Shown here: positions 36,409-44,373 of the stretch, piece after piece
How positions within the stretch are numbered: position 1 is the stretch's first letter
How the letters are laid out: the number at the start of each line of letters is the position of its first letter
Source: Thermoplasmata archaeon
Lineage (GTDB): Archaea > Thermoplasmatota > Thermoplasmata > Lutacidiplasmatales > UBA184
Length of the DNA: 49,971 nucleotides
Assembly (NCBI GenBank): GCA_028864975.1
Contig: JAGWLG010000029.1
Coordinates: 1-49,971, forward strand
Direction: 5' to 3'
Position numbers and translations under genes: made by a program
The notes under the pieces: generated by a model
The model's input: only the letters and a program-made list of their open reading frames with translations
Databases searched by the model: none
Told to the model about the DNA's origin: nothing

Positions 36409-36754
36409 AGAGGGGGGTCCGAGTGACCCGACCGGGGCCCGCGATCGCGGCGGAGGGTGGGCGGGAAAGGGGAGAGGCGGCCTCTGTGGGGGGACCTGGG
36501 GTCGCGGCGCGAAGGGGGGGCGTGGGTGGGCGACGGAGGGCCCTTGCGCGGCGGTGTCGATGCTAGGGGCGTGAGCGGCACAGAAACGAGCGAGGGGTCA
36601 TCGGCGACCATGAAGCCGCCGACTGAGAGGCGGCAGAGGCGAAAGCTGCTGACCCTCGGTGGCGTCGAACTGACGCCGGTGCTCATCGCCTCCGGTCCAG
36701 GGCGGCACCATTATGGTACACAGGCACCCATGAGGTTCGACACGAGGACCGTGG

Positions 36755-38083
36755 TTGCCGTTCTGGGAGAGGAAGCGCAGCCCGGCGAGTAGCCGCCCTG
36801 CAACGCCACGGGCTCTCAAGCCCCCTGTCCAGCGTCAACTGGCCGATGCCTCCCGCGACGACGTCGGCTTCGGAAGGGTGCGGTTGGGACCAGCGACTCG
36901 GCGAGCGCTGGGAGTCGCCCCGCTGGAATACGTGGAGGTGATCGGCCGACGGGCCACCGTGGCAATAGTCCACGAGAGGCAAGGAACGCGCGTTGATGAG
37001 GCAACGGCCGTCACAGAGCGCGCGATCCAACGGAACGCGGGAGCCAAGGTGGGGGAGATTGTCCAGCTTCGTAAGGTGGAGCCTCTGGCCGCCGAGAGGA
37101 TCACGATCGCGCCTATCTACTCGGGGGCACCCAGGATGGATCTGGGGCCCGGACTAGAGTCGTTCGTCGCGAAGGCTTTGTCGCGCCGGCCTTTCGCTCC
37201 TGGAGACATCTTCGTTGTTCCAGGGGTCTTCCTCATGGGAGGTTCTCTGCTCTTCCGCGTGATGGGGACCGCTCCGCTTGGCTCGGTCGTCATAGGACCG
37301 AACTCCCTCGTCACGATCATGAACGAGGCGGTCCCTGAGATGGTGGTCGGCACTGTTCTGCAGACGAACCCAAGAGATCCGAACTCACCTCCGGAGCTCG
37401 TCGACGCACAGGGGATGGCGACGGAGCTGGAACTCTCGCTCCGCGCCTACCGGCTTCTGGCCCACTTCGGGGAGTCGTCCACTCGGAACGCCGCGTTGGC
37501 CTGGCTTTCGTCGGCCGAGGCGCGTCTCCGCCCCATTCGAGCGCGGATGGCCATTGAGGCTGAGTGGCACGAGGCGGACGAACGGTGGGAGCGGGACCAT
37601 CCGAAACCCCCCCACGAGCCGGAATTCGACAGGGCATGGCTCGCGCGCGAGGCGGCAGGCCGGGTGTGGACGCAGTCCCATCGATCACCCAAGACCTCTC
37701 CGGATCACCTTCGAGGGAGGAGGGCGGCGCTCCAGGCGATGGAGACCTGGGCGCTGATGAACCCCGCCCCGAAGATCGGCGAAGACCTCTACGATGAGGA
37801 GGTCGCGGCGAGGGCCGGGCGAGCCATGGTCGCCGCCGTACGCTTCACCCTAGAAGATCAACCCTGGCTCGAGGAGGCCCTTCAATGGAGAGAAACTCAC
37901 CCAGAGCCTCCCCTGCCCCCCGAAGGGTCGGCCGCTCCTTGCCTGGAGTGGCACCTGGCCTTTCATGCGTGGCAAGATGCCCATCCCCATCCTCACGAGA
38001 GCACAGACGAGAGAGCGGACCGTCTGGAACGGCAGGCGTCCTGCGAGGCGCTTTGGAGGCGGCTCGCGGCGAAGTACCCCTAG
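36755..38083 (+). CDS. Cdc48/VAT N-domain fused to an unrelated helical, Trp/Pro-rich domain (no AAA ATPase)
   Basis: The segment ADASRDDVGFGRVRL...RNAGAKVGEIVQLRKV...RITIAPI...VAKALSRRPF..GD...VPG..L.GGSLLFRV follows the archaeal VAT-N pattern. No Walker A/B motif follows it. Confidence 0.75.
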   Translation: MPFWERKRSPASSRPATPRALKPPVQRQLADASRDDVGFGRVRLGPATRRALGVAPLEYVEVIGRRATVAIVHERQGTRVDEATAVTERAIQRNAGAKVGEIVQLRKVEPLAAERITIAPIYSGAPRMDLGPGLESFVAKALSRRPFAPGDIFVVPGVFLMGGSLLFRVMGTAPLGSVVIGPNSLVTIMNEAVPEMVVGTVLQTNPRDPNSPPELVDAQGMATELELSLRAYRLLAHFGESSTRNAALAWLSSAEARLRPIRARMAIEAEWHEADERWERDHPKPPHEPEFDRAWLAREAAGRVWTQSHRSPKTSPDHLRGRRAALQAMETWALMNPAPKIGEDLYDEEVAARAGRAMVAAVRFTLEDQPWLEEALQWRETHPEPPLPPEGSAAPCLEWHLAFHAWQDAHPHPHESTDERADRLERQASCEALWRRLAAKYP

Positions 38084-38097
38084 ATGTGGCCCGTCAC

Positions 38098-38550
38098 TCA
38101 CACCTCCGACCCCGGGAGAACCTTGCTCGCTCGGTCGATGAGCCGCCCGACCTCCGAGATCGAGAGCACCCTGAGGCCGCGGACGCGCCGGAAGTCCTTG
38201 TCGTAGGCCCAGATGGGAGCCGAGAGGACCTCGGCGAGCGCGACGTAGGCCTCGTCATGATGGGCGTGCGCGGCTGCGGTCCGTCTTCGCGCGGAAGGTA
38301 AGGCGGAGGCGAAGACCGTTGTCGGGACCACCTCGACTCGGGCGAGGATGTCCGTCAAGAGCGCCTCCACGATCTCCCGGGACTTCCAGGTCCGCGCCGC
38401 GACCATGGGAAGGTGCTTCTGGACCTCGGAGGTCACGACCTCCGGGGCGTAGAGCTCGAGCTCGCGGGAGTTGAGCAGGAGCCCCCGAGTGAGCCCGTCA
38501 GCGATGAGACTGGCGAGGAGGACGCTCGCGTCCACCACCACACGGGTCAA
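38098..38550 (-). CDS. vapC: PIN-domain ribonuclease toxin (VapC-like)
   Basis: VVVDASVLLA, APEVVTSEV, DEAYVALA and WAYDKDF give the acidic PIN residues. The TTG start at 38550 overlaps the antitoxin stop. Confidence 0.88.
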   Translation of the reverse strand: MTRVVVDASVLLASLIADGLTRGLLLNSRELELYAPEVVTSEVQKHLPMVAARTWKSREIVEALLTDILARVEVVPTTVFASALPSARRRTAAAHAHHDEAYVALAEVLSAPIWAYDKDFRRVRGLRVLSISEVGRLIDRASKVLPGSEV

Positions 38551-38765
38551 GGGAGCCGCCTCGCGGCGGCCTTGTTGATGATGCGGCCGAGACGGACGGC
38601 CTCCTCCTCTGTCATCTTCGACCCTGCGAGGAGGCGGTCGTAGACCTGGAGGCGGTCCACCTCGCGCGCGATGGCCCGACGGACCACTTCCGCCCACTTG
38701 ATCTCCGGATGCTTGCGCATCTCACGGTGGAGCTCCTCGGGAAGGGCGAGCGTCATGTTCGTCAT
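38547..38765 (-). CDS. Ribbon-helix-helix antitoxin (VapB-like)
   Basis: MTNMTLALPEELHREMRKHPEIKWAEVVRRAI is an RHH pattern; 72 aa, directly upstream of and coupled to the PIN gene. Confidence 0.85.
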   Translation of the reverse strand: MTNMTLALPEELHREMRKHPEIKWAEVVRRAIAREVDRLQVYDRLLAGSKMTEEEAVRLGRIINKAAARRLP

Positions 38766-38953
38766 CGAGAACGAAGATGACCTACGGGAATAAGTAAGTT
38801 ACGTATCCTCCTCGCCGCCGCGACCCGGACGAGAGGAGGGCGGCCACCCCCCGGGCCCGGACCTCGCTCAACCAGTCCGCGGCGGTCGCTAGGACCTCCT
38901 CGACGTCCGCCACGTCCACGGGCCCGCGGGAAGTATCCATGCGGTGGGCCGGC

Positions 38954-39550
38954 TCACCCCGGTGGGCGGCCCTTCGTGCGTTCCTCGCGGGCTCCTGGCA
39001 TGATCTCCCGCTCCAGGGCCCTTAGGAGGTCCGCTACGTCGAAGGTCTTCGCCCGTTCGCGCGCGTAGGTCCAGTCGATCGAGTCCTTGAACCGTGCTCC
39101 CAGTAGGGCCGCATGCTCCAGGTCGCCGCGCTGGCGCCAATGTTTGGCCGAAGCCAGTCTCTTGACGAGAAGGTCCTCGATGGCCGCGAGACGGACCGGT
39201 CCGTAGGGGGTCGTGATGATGCGCGTTCGGGTCGACGACCCCGTGTAGTAGGTCCCTACCAAGTCCACCGCGAGCTTCCAGTCGTCTCGGACCCATAGGC
39301 GCCCTTCCTTTCCGAACCCCCATCGACGAAGCGAGGAGGCGATCCGGTCCTTGTCAGGAACGACCAAGTCCACATCCCCGGACACGTAGGCTCCACGAGT
39401 GTACAGCTCGATCGCCGAGCCGCCCACCACGAGCACCGCATCTTCGCTGAGCCCGGTGTCGCTCGACAACAGCGCACAAAAGGTGAGGAGCCGGCGTGTC
39501 GCGTCCTGCTCCGCGAGCAGGATAGCTTCGACCTCCCGCTTCTCTCTCAT
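38954..39550 (-). CDS. Pol-beta-superfamily nucleotidyltransferase (DUF6036/AbiEii-like)
   Basis: VVGGSAIELY...SGDVDLVV (GG..DxD signature) and IEDLLVKRL; coupled by an ATGA overlap to the upstream HTH gene. Confidence 0.75.
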   Translation of the reverse strand: MREKREVEAILLAEQDATRRLLTFCALLSSDTGLSEDAVLVVGGSAIELYTRGAYVSGDVDLVVPDKDRIASSLRRWGFGKEGRLWVRDDWKLAVDLVGTYYTGSSTRTRIITTPYGPVRLAAIEDLLVKRLASAKHWRQRGDLEHAALLGARFKDSIDWTYARERAKTFDVADLLRALEREIMPGAREERTKGRPPG

Positions 39551-40023
39551 CGGGACGTCCGTCGCGACATTCGGAGACCCATGCGCGACAGGGTCCTGTC
39601 CTTGGACCTCGGGCGGAAGAACTCCGACCGGTTGGGAACGTTCTCCGGGTTGGCCGGAAAGTCTTCGAGCGAGAGCGCACGGACGATCTCCGTCGCCTCG
39701 GGGTTCGAACGGCTGCGCGAGTCGATCTCGGCCATCCAGGACGCCTCCGAGGAGATACGGACCCGCTTTCGGAGGAGCTCGGCCACGTCGGGGTCCGCGA
39801 GAGAGAATCCGCGCGAGCCGTTCTCGGTCGAGCTCACTCGCACGACCTTGGCCTCCATGAGCCGAGCGAGTTCGGTGTAGACCTTGGGCGGGTTGACATC
39901 GAGCGTCCGTGCGACCCGGTAGGCGGTCAGGGGCAGGTTCGAGTTCGCGAGGGTCGCGAGAACCCCCAATCGGGTCGAGCTACCGAACACGCAGGCCAGA
40001 CCGGGATCGAGGCTCTCGAGCAT
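39547..40023 (-). CDS. Winged-HTH DNA-binding protein
   Basis: TRLGVLATLA...LTAYRVARTLDVNPPKVYTELARLMEAKVVRV...RGFSL. The likely leaderless start is ATG 40023, 25 bp below TTTATA. Confidence 0.75.
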   Translation of the reverse strand: MLESLDPGLACVFGSSTRLGVLATLANSNLPLTAYRVARTLDVNPPKVYTELARLMEAKVVRVSSTENGSRGFSLADPDVAELLRKRVRISSEASWMAEIDSRSRSNPEATEIVRALSLEDFPANPENVPNRSEFFRPRSKDRTLSRMGLRMSRRTSR

Positions 40024-40031
40024 CAAGAGAG

Positions 40032-40073
40032 ATACCCCCATAAGGGGTATAAAGAATACCCTATTGGGATATT
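40032..40073 (-). promoter_or_regulatory. TATA box (TTTATA at 40053-40048) flanked by two related inverted repeats
   Basis: An AT-rich patch in a high-GC background containing ATACCCC-N5-GGGGTAT (40032-40050) and AATACCC-N4-GGGATATT (40055-40073). Confidence 0.6.
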
Positions 40074-40489
40074 TACCGTCCCGCGACCCGTTTCGGTGCG
40101 AGCGGCGGCACCGCGGGAGGTGACGACCTCGCGGGTCGGACCGACGGAGGCGACGGTCGCCTCCAGGGTGGCTTCCGCGTTGGGACGGAGGGCGGCGATC
40201 CCCATGGAGGCGGGGGCGGCGCTGGCGAGGGACCCCCCATCCCCCCGAGATGCCGAAGGACTTGCGGCAGGGGGTCCCGAGCGAGACCCCGTTCCCTGGC
40301 CCAACAGGGCCGAAATGGGGCGGCCGCAGGTGGGGCCGGTGGCGTGGTCGGCGTTCGTCGTGTTCTCGGAGGCGGGGTTGCCGCTTCTCTCGGACATCGG
40401 TAGGGTTGTCCGAGAGGAGCGAGGGGGTCCCCCCTCGGCGGGGGCCGACCCGGAGGGCAGAGGGGGGGCGGCCCGGGGGCGTCTAGCCC

Positions 40490-41257
40490 TCACCTGGTGC
40501 GCTTCGCGAGTACGAGCATGAGGTGGTGGGTGGTGCGGAAGCTCCCACGCGAGGCAATCTCCCCGTGGATTCGTTCGAGCATCGCGCGATGTCGAGAGGT
40601 CGAGAACCCAGGGACCTCCCAGGGAACCGCGCGGAGGAAGTAGACCAGTGCCCCGACGTCCAGAAACTCGTAGGCGAGGATCGCCTCCTCACGACGCTCG
40701 ACCCTCAGCCCCGCTCCGGAGACCTCGCCGGATAGTGCTGCGACGCTCGACGTGTCGTTCGTAGACTTGGATGCCTGCAAGCCGAACCGTTCCCTCAGCT
40801 CTTCGCAGTTGCGACCGCCGACCTGCTGGGTGACGAACTTCCCCTGAGCGGAGAGCACGCGATGGACCTCATTCGGGTCGAACTCTTCGTGGCGAGAGAG
40901 GACCAGGTCGACGGACCGGTCCGGCAACGGGATGCGGTTGTCCTTCCCGATGGGGTCGACCCGGACCCCCAGCGGGGCCAGTCGTCGGCGGGCGACCTCG
41001 AGATTGGGGGGATACCCCTCCGTGGCGAAGGAGCGGGCCGGGAGGGGGGCCAGAGAAGCGAGGAACTCGCCTCCCCCCGTCCCCAGATCGAGGAGACCTG
41101 ACGCGTGGGCGACCTTCTCTTTCGCAATCGTGCGGTAGTCCCAAGGAGGATGGCCGACCCGCCATCGGTCTTCGATTGCCGAGAAGTCCCACCCGGAGAA
41201 GGGTAGAGACTCGGCCTCTTCGAGAAGCTGGTCGAAGCTGCTCGGAAGGGGGTTCAT
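40490..41257 (-). CDS. Class I SAM-dependent methyltransferase
   Basis: Motif I LLDLGTGGGE, ATEGYPPN, IPLPDRSVDLVLSRH and FVTQQVG. The start is ATG 41257 or 41275. Confidence 0.85.
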   Translation of the reverse strand: MNPLPSSFDQLLEEAESLPFSGWDFSAIEDRWRVGHPPWDYRTIAKEKVAHASGLLDLGTGGGEFLASLAPLPARSFATEGYPPNLEVARRRLAPLGVRVDPIGKDNRIPLPDRSVDLVLSRHEEFDPNEVHRVLSAQGKFVTQQVGGRNCEELRERFGLQASKSTNDTSSVAALSGEVSGAGLRVERREEAILAYEFLDVGALVYFLRAVPWEVPGFSTSRHRAMLERIHGEIASRGSFRTTHHLMLVLAKRTR

Positions 41258-41319
41258 AGGATGGCCGATTCGCATCGTGAGGATGAACCTGCGCGTCGAC
41301 CCTTCATGGCGTGACCCAA

Positions 41320-41385
41320 GGCCGCCGAAGGCGGCCAAGCGCCCGAAGGGCGCATCTCGTGCACACGGAGCGAAGCGGAGTGTGC
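41320..41385. repeat. Three tandem GAA-triloop hairpins (REP-like palindromic cluster)
   Basis: GGCCGCC-GAA-GGCGGCC (41320-41336), GCGCCC-GAA-GGGCGC (41339-41353) and GCACAC-GGA-GC-GAA-GC-GGA-GTGTGC (41361-41385). Confidence 0.7.
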
Positions 41386-41803
41386 GCGTTCAATCGTTCG
41401 AACCATGACCTGGACTCGTTGCATCCGTTCGCGCGGAATGACCAGCTCCTGTGGGTGCGGGCGCGAGACCTCGCGGCCCCCCCCAGGTCTCGCGCGAGGC
41501 CCGTCCCCCGAGGAGGTGCCGAGGGGGCAGGGCCGGAACCGAGCGGAGACCCCCAGGCGTCGCCGAGGAAAGGGGAGCAGGCGCCTTTCCGAGGGGGGAC
41601 CTGGCCCCCGCCGCCGGGACAGGTCCAGGGAGCTCGGCCGCTCCGCGGCCCCCCACAGGTCAGCCGGGCCTTCTCCGAGTTACAGGGCGGGACGGCCCGG
41701 GAGGGGGACGCGTCGCCGAACCTTCGCGCGTGCCCCTGTGTTCGCGCGCCGTGCGGAGTCTCCCCGGGCGCGCGTTCGCTTTCTCTCGAGGACGCACGGC
41801 CGG

Positions 41804-42781
41804 TCAACGCAGCGCTTCGCGGAATCTCTCGGGCGCGTCCACGAACGGATAGTGCCCGGCTCCCTCGATCTCCAGGAGCCGCTTCGACGGCGCCTTCCAT
41901 CGTTCGAAGGTGCGCCGGGTCGCGCTCGGCGGGCTCATCCTGTCCAGAGTTCCCTGGACGACGAGGAGCGGCACCGGGCACTCGAAATCGGAAGCGGAAG
42001 CTTCCGACAGCGATTCGTCGAGGTGCCGCATCCAGAAGCGCGTCCCTGGGAGAACGCGGAAGAAGAGATCCCCCCAAGTGTTCTCGGTCCCCTCCCGCAG
42101 GGCGCGGAAAGCCAAGTCCTCTCCCGAACCGTTTGGCACCGCGCCGCCTAACTGGTTCGTCCAACGGGCTCGGACGTCGAGTCCTCCGAACCGGCTCCGG
42201 TAGGGGGGAGGACCGATCCTCTCCAATTGGGCGACGGCGCGTCGCCTGCCCAGCTCCCGCGCCCGGGCCAAGGTCCACCGGTACGCCTCCATCTCCGCCT
42301 CAATGTCGGTCGGGGTGGGGCCCACCGCGATGTATCGCTCGAAGGCGTCTGGGAGCGCGTGGAGGACGTGAGGCGCGACCACGGTCCCGAAGGAGTGGGC
42401 CATCAGGATGAAGCGTTGGACGCCGAATCGCGCTCGCAGCACGGCAACGAGTTCCTTGGCATCCTCCGCGAGTTGCGCGCCCGTCAGGGAGGAGGGAGGG
42501 ACCGACCGCGTGTGGGAGAGGCCGGCGCCTCGCTGGTCCCAATTGACCACGACCCATTCGTTCTCGAGGAACCCGAACCAAGAGCGAGCCTCCCCGATGT
42601 AGGCACCCCCGGGTCCCCCGTGAAGGATGAGGAGGGCCGGGTTGGAGGGGCTTCGACCACGGACCAGGACTCCCTGGGGGACTCCTCCGAGGATCGTGAG
42701 CGTGAGGCTGGCGATGGAGCCCGGCGCCGCTCGGCCCTCTGAGTCGGTGACGGGCGGGGTCGAGCGACGGAAGAGCCTCAC
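41804..42781 (-). CDS. Alpha/beta-fold hydrolase (proline iminopeptidase-like)
   Basis: LLILHGGPG, WDQRGAG, nucleophile AHSFG, QGTLD and GAGH catalytic His. The start was re-assigned to GTG 42781. Confidence 0.88.
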   Translation of the reverse strand: MRLFRRSTPPVTDSEGRAAPGSIASLTLTILGGVPQGVLVRGRSPSNPALLILHGGPGGAYIGEARSWFGFLENEWVVVNWDQRGAGLSHTRSVPPSSLTGAQLAEDAKELVAVLRARFGVQRFILMAHSFGTVVAPHVLHALPDAFERYIAVGPTPTDIEAEMEAYRWTLARARELGRRRAVAQLERIGPPPYRSRFGGLDVRARWTNQLGGAVPNGSGEDLAFRALREGTENTWGDLFFRVLPGTRFWMRHLDESLSEASASDFECPVPLLVVQGTLDRMSPPSATRRTFERWKAPSKRLLEIEGAGHYPFVDAPERFREALR

Positions 42782-43006
42782 GTGAGAGGAAGATCTCTCA
42801 TGAACGCTTGAAGGAGCCACCTCAATCCGTTGGGCTCCCCCCGGTCCACTTCCCCTGGACCCCGGCCCTTGGTCGCTTCGGGGGCGCGGCCCGGTAGGGG
42901 ACCGAGGGACGGGCGGCAGTCCCCGGCCCGAGTGGACATGTAGCCTTCCGCCATGCGGCGGAAGCAGCAAACGCGGCGTCTCTTGTCCACCCCTCGGAGA
43001 CGCCGC

Positions 43007-44041
43007 ATGTGGAAGACCACCTTCGTCGGGCTTGACGTGAGCCGAAAGACCATCATGGCCACCGCGGTGGACGAGCTCGGTCACCGCATCGATCAACGGA
43101 AGCTCACGGCCAGGGACCCCGAGCTCGTCGAGTTCCTTGCGGGGCTACCGGGTGAGAAGAAGGTGGTCCTGGAGGCCTGCAACGTCTGGGAGCACGTCTA
43201 CGATGCGGCCGCCTCGACCGGTGCCCAGGTGAAGCTGGCCAACCCCCTGAAAACCAGAATCATCACCGAGGCGTCGCTTAAGACGGACCGAGTGGATTCC
43301 GAGGCCTTGGCCATGCTCGCACGACTCGACGCGGTGGCGGAGGCCTACGCGCCCACTCCGGAGCAGCGGGCCCTCCGGCACCTCGTACGCGAGCGGACCT
43401 TCTACTGGAAGAAGTGGATGGACGTCGTGAATCACACCTACTCCATCCTGCTCCAACGAGGGGTCGAGTACGACTCCGGGATCCTGACGAAGTGCACGAT
43501 GCGCGACGAACTGCGCACCCACGGGATCCCTGAGGTGGACCGAGGGCTCGACGCACTTGCGAAGCTCGAGGAGATCGCCAAGCCCCTCGAGAAGGAGATC
43601 CACGCCGCCTTCATCAGGTCGAAGGAGGCCCAGCTGCTCGCCTCGATACCCGGTATCGGCGAGGTGACCGCCGTGACCCTGGTGGCCTTCCTCTGTCCGA
43701 TCGAACGATTTCACAGCCTGGAGGCCGTGGTGAAGTACAGCGGGCTCTGTCCCTCGGTCCGCCAGTCCGGCGAGAACAGCTACAACGGACCCCTCGTCTG
43801 GGACGCGCAGGCCGTCCTCAAATTCGTGCTCATCGAGGCCCAGTGGAGGACCCGCCAGAACGAGAAGCGTGGCGACGTGGCGAGGGTCGGGAAGCGCGTC
43901 GCCCGTCGCGGCGCCGCCAACGACGGAGCTGTGGCTGCGGCCCGTACGCTCGTTCGGATCTGCGCGGCGGTCCTCCGCCGAGGGACCCCTTACCAGCCTC
44001 ACGCTCCTGGGTCGCTGAGCCGCCAAGTCCTCCCTGCGTGA
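43007..44041 (+). mobile_element. IS110-family transposase (DEDD recombinase); element ends not determined
   Basis: FVGLDVS, VVLEAC and KTDRVDS give the RuvC-like DEDD residues; SIPGIGEVTA (HhH) and YSGLCPSVRQSG (conserved Ser) are also present. The start is ATG 43007. Confidence 0.93.
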
Positions 44042-44373
44042 GCGCTTGCGCTGCCGCCCCTTCCGAGTGTGCCGGTACGTGGCTCAGGAGTTCACGGCCG
44101 CCGTTGTCCGCATGTGGGTCGAAAGATGCCACCGATAGTAGGCTGCGAGCGTGAACCTCGTCACCAGGTCCGAGGAAGAAGACCGGTGGAGCTGAGCTCC
44201 GTGATGTGAGCCGCGAAGCTCCCCCCGGACACGATCAGGAAGAGGTGCCGCGGTGTGTCGTTGCTTTCCCGTCCCGGGGAGTGCGACTCAGGATGGCGGA
44301 AGGCTCATAGTAGGGAGGACGCGTCTAAGGTCCGAACGATGCGTCCGGCGCTCCGCGACGGGCGGTCCGCGGC

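Noticed and set aside
36410-36750. ORFs 36069..36686 (-) and 36457..36792 (+)
   Set aside because: Pro/Gly-rich and motif-less. A GGAGG precedes ATG 36686, but the product does not look like a real protein.
40080-40480. ORFs 40023..40493 (-) and 40096..40521 (+)
   Set aside because: Low-complexity composition, no motifs, and overlap with the promoter and methyltransferase; coding status is unsupported.
41550-41590. Resemblance to SRP RNA helix 8 (CCAGG...GGAA..GGGAGCA) or RNase P (GAGGAAAG)
   Set aside because: The required CCC-GNRA-GGG stem and the RNase P CR-I/CR-V motifs are absent.
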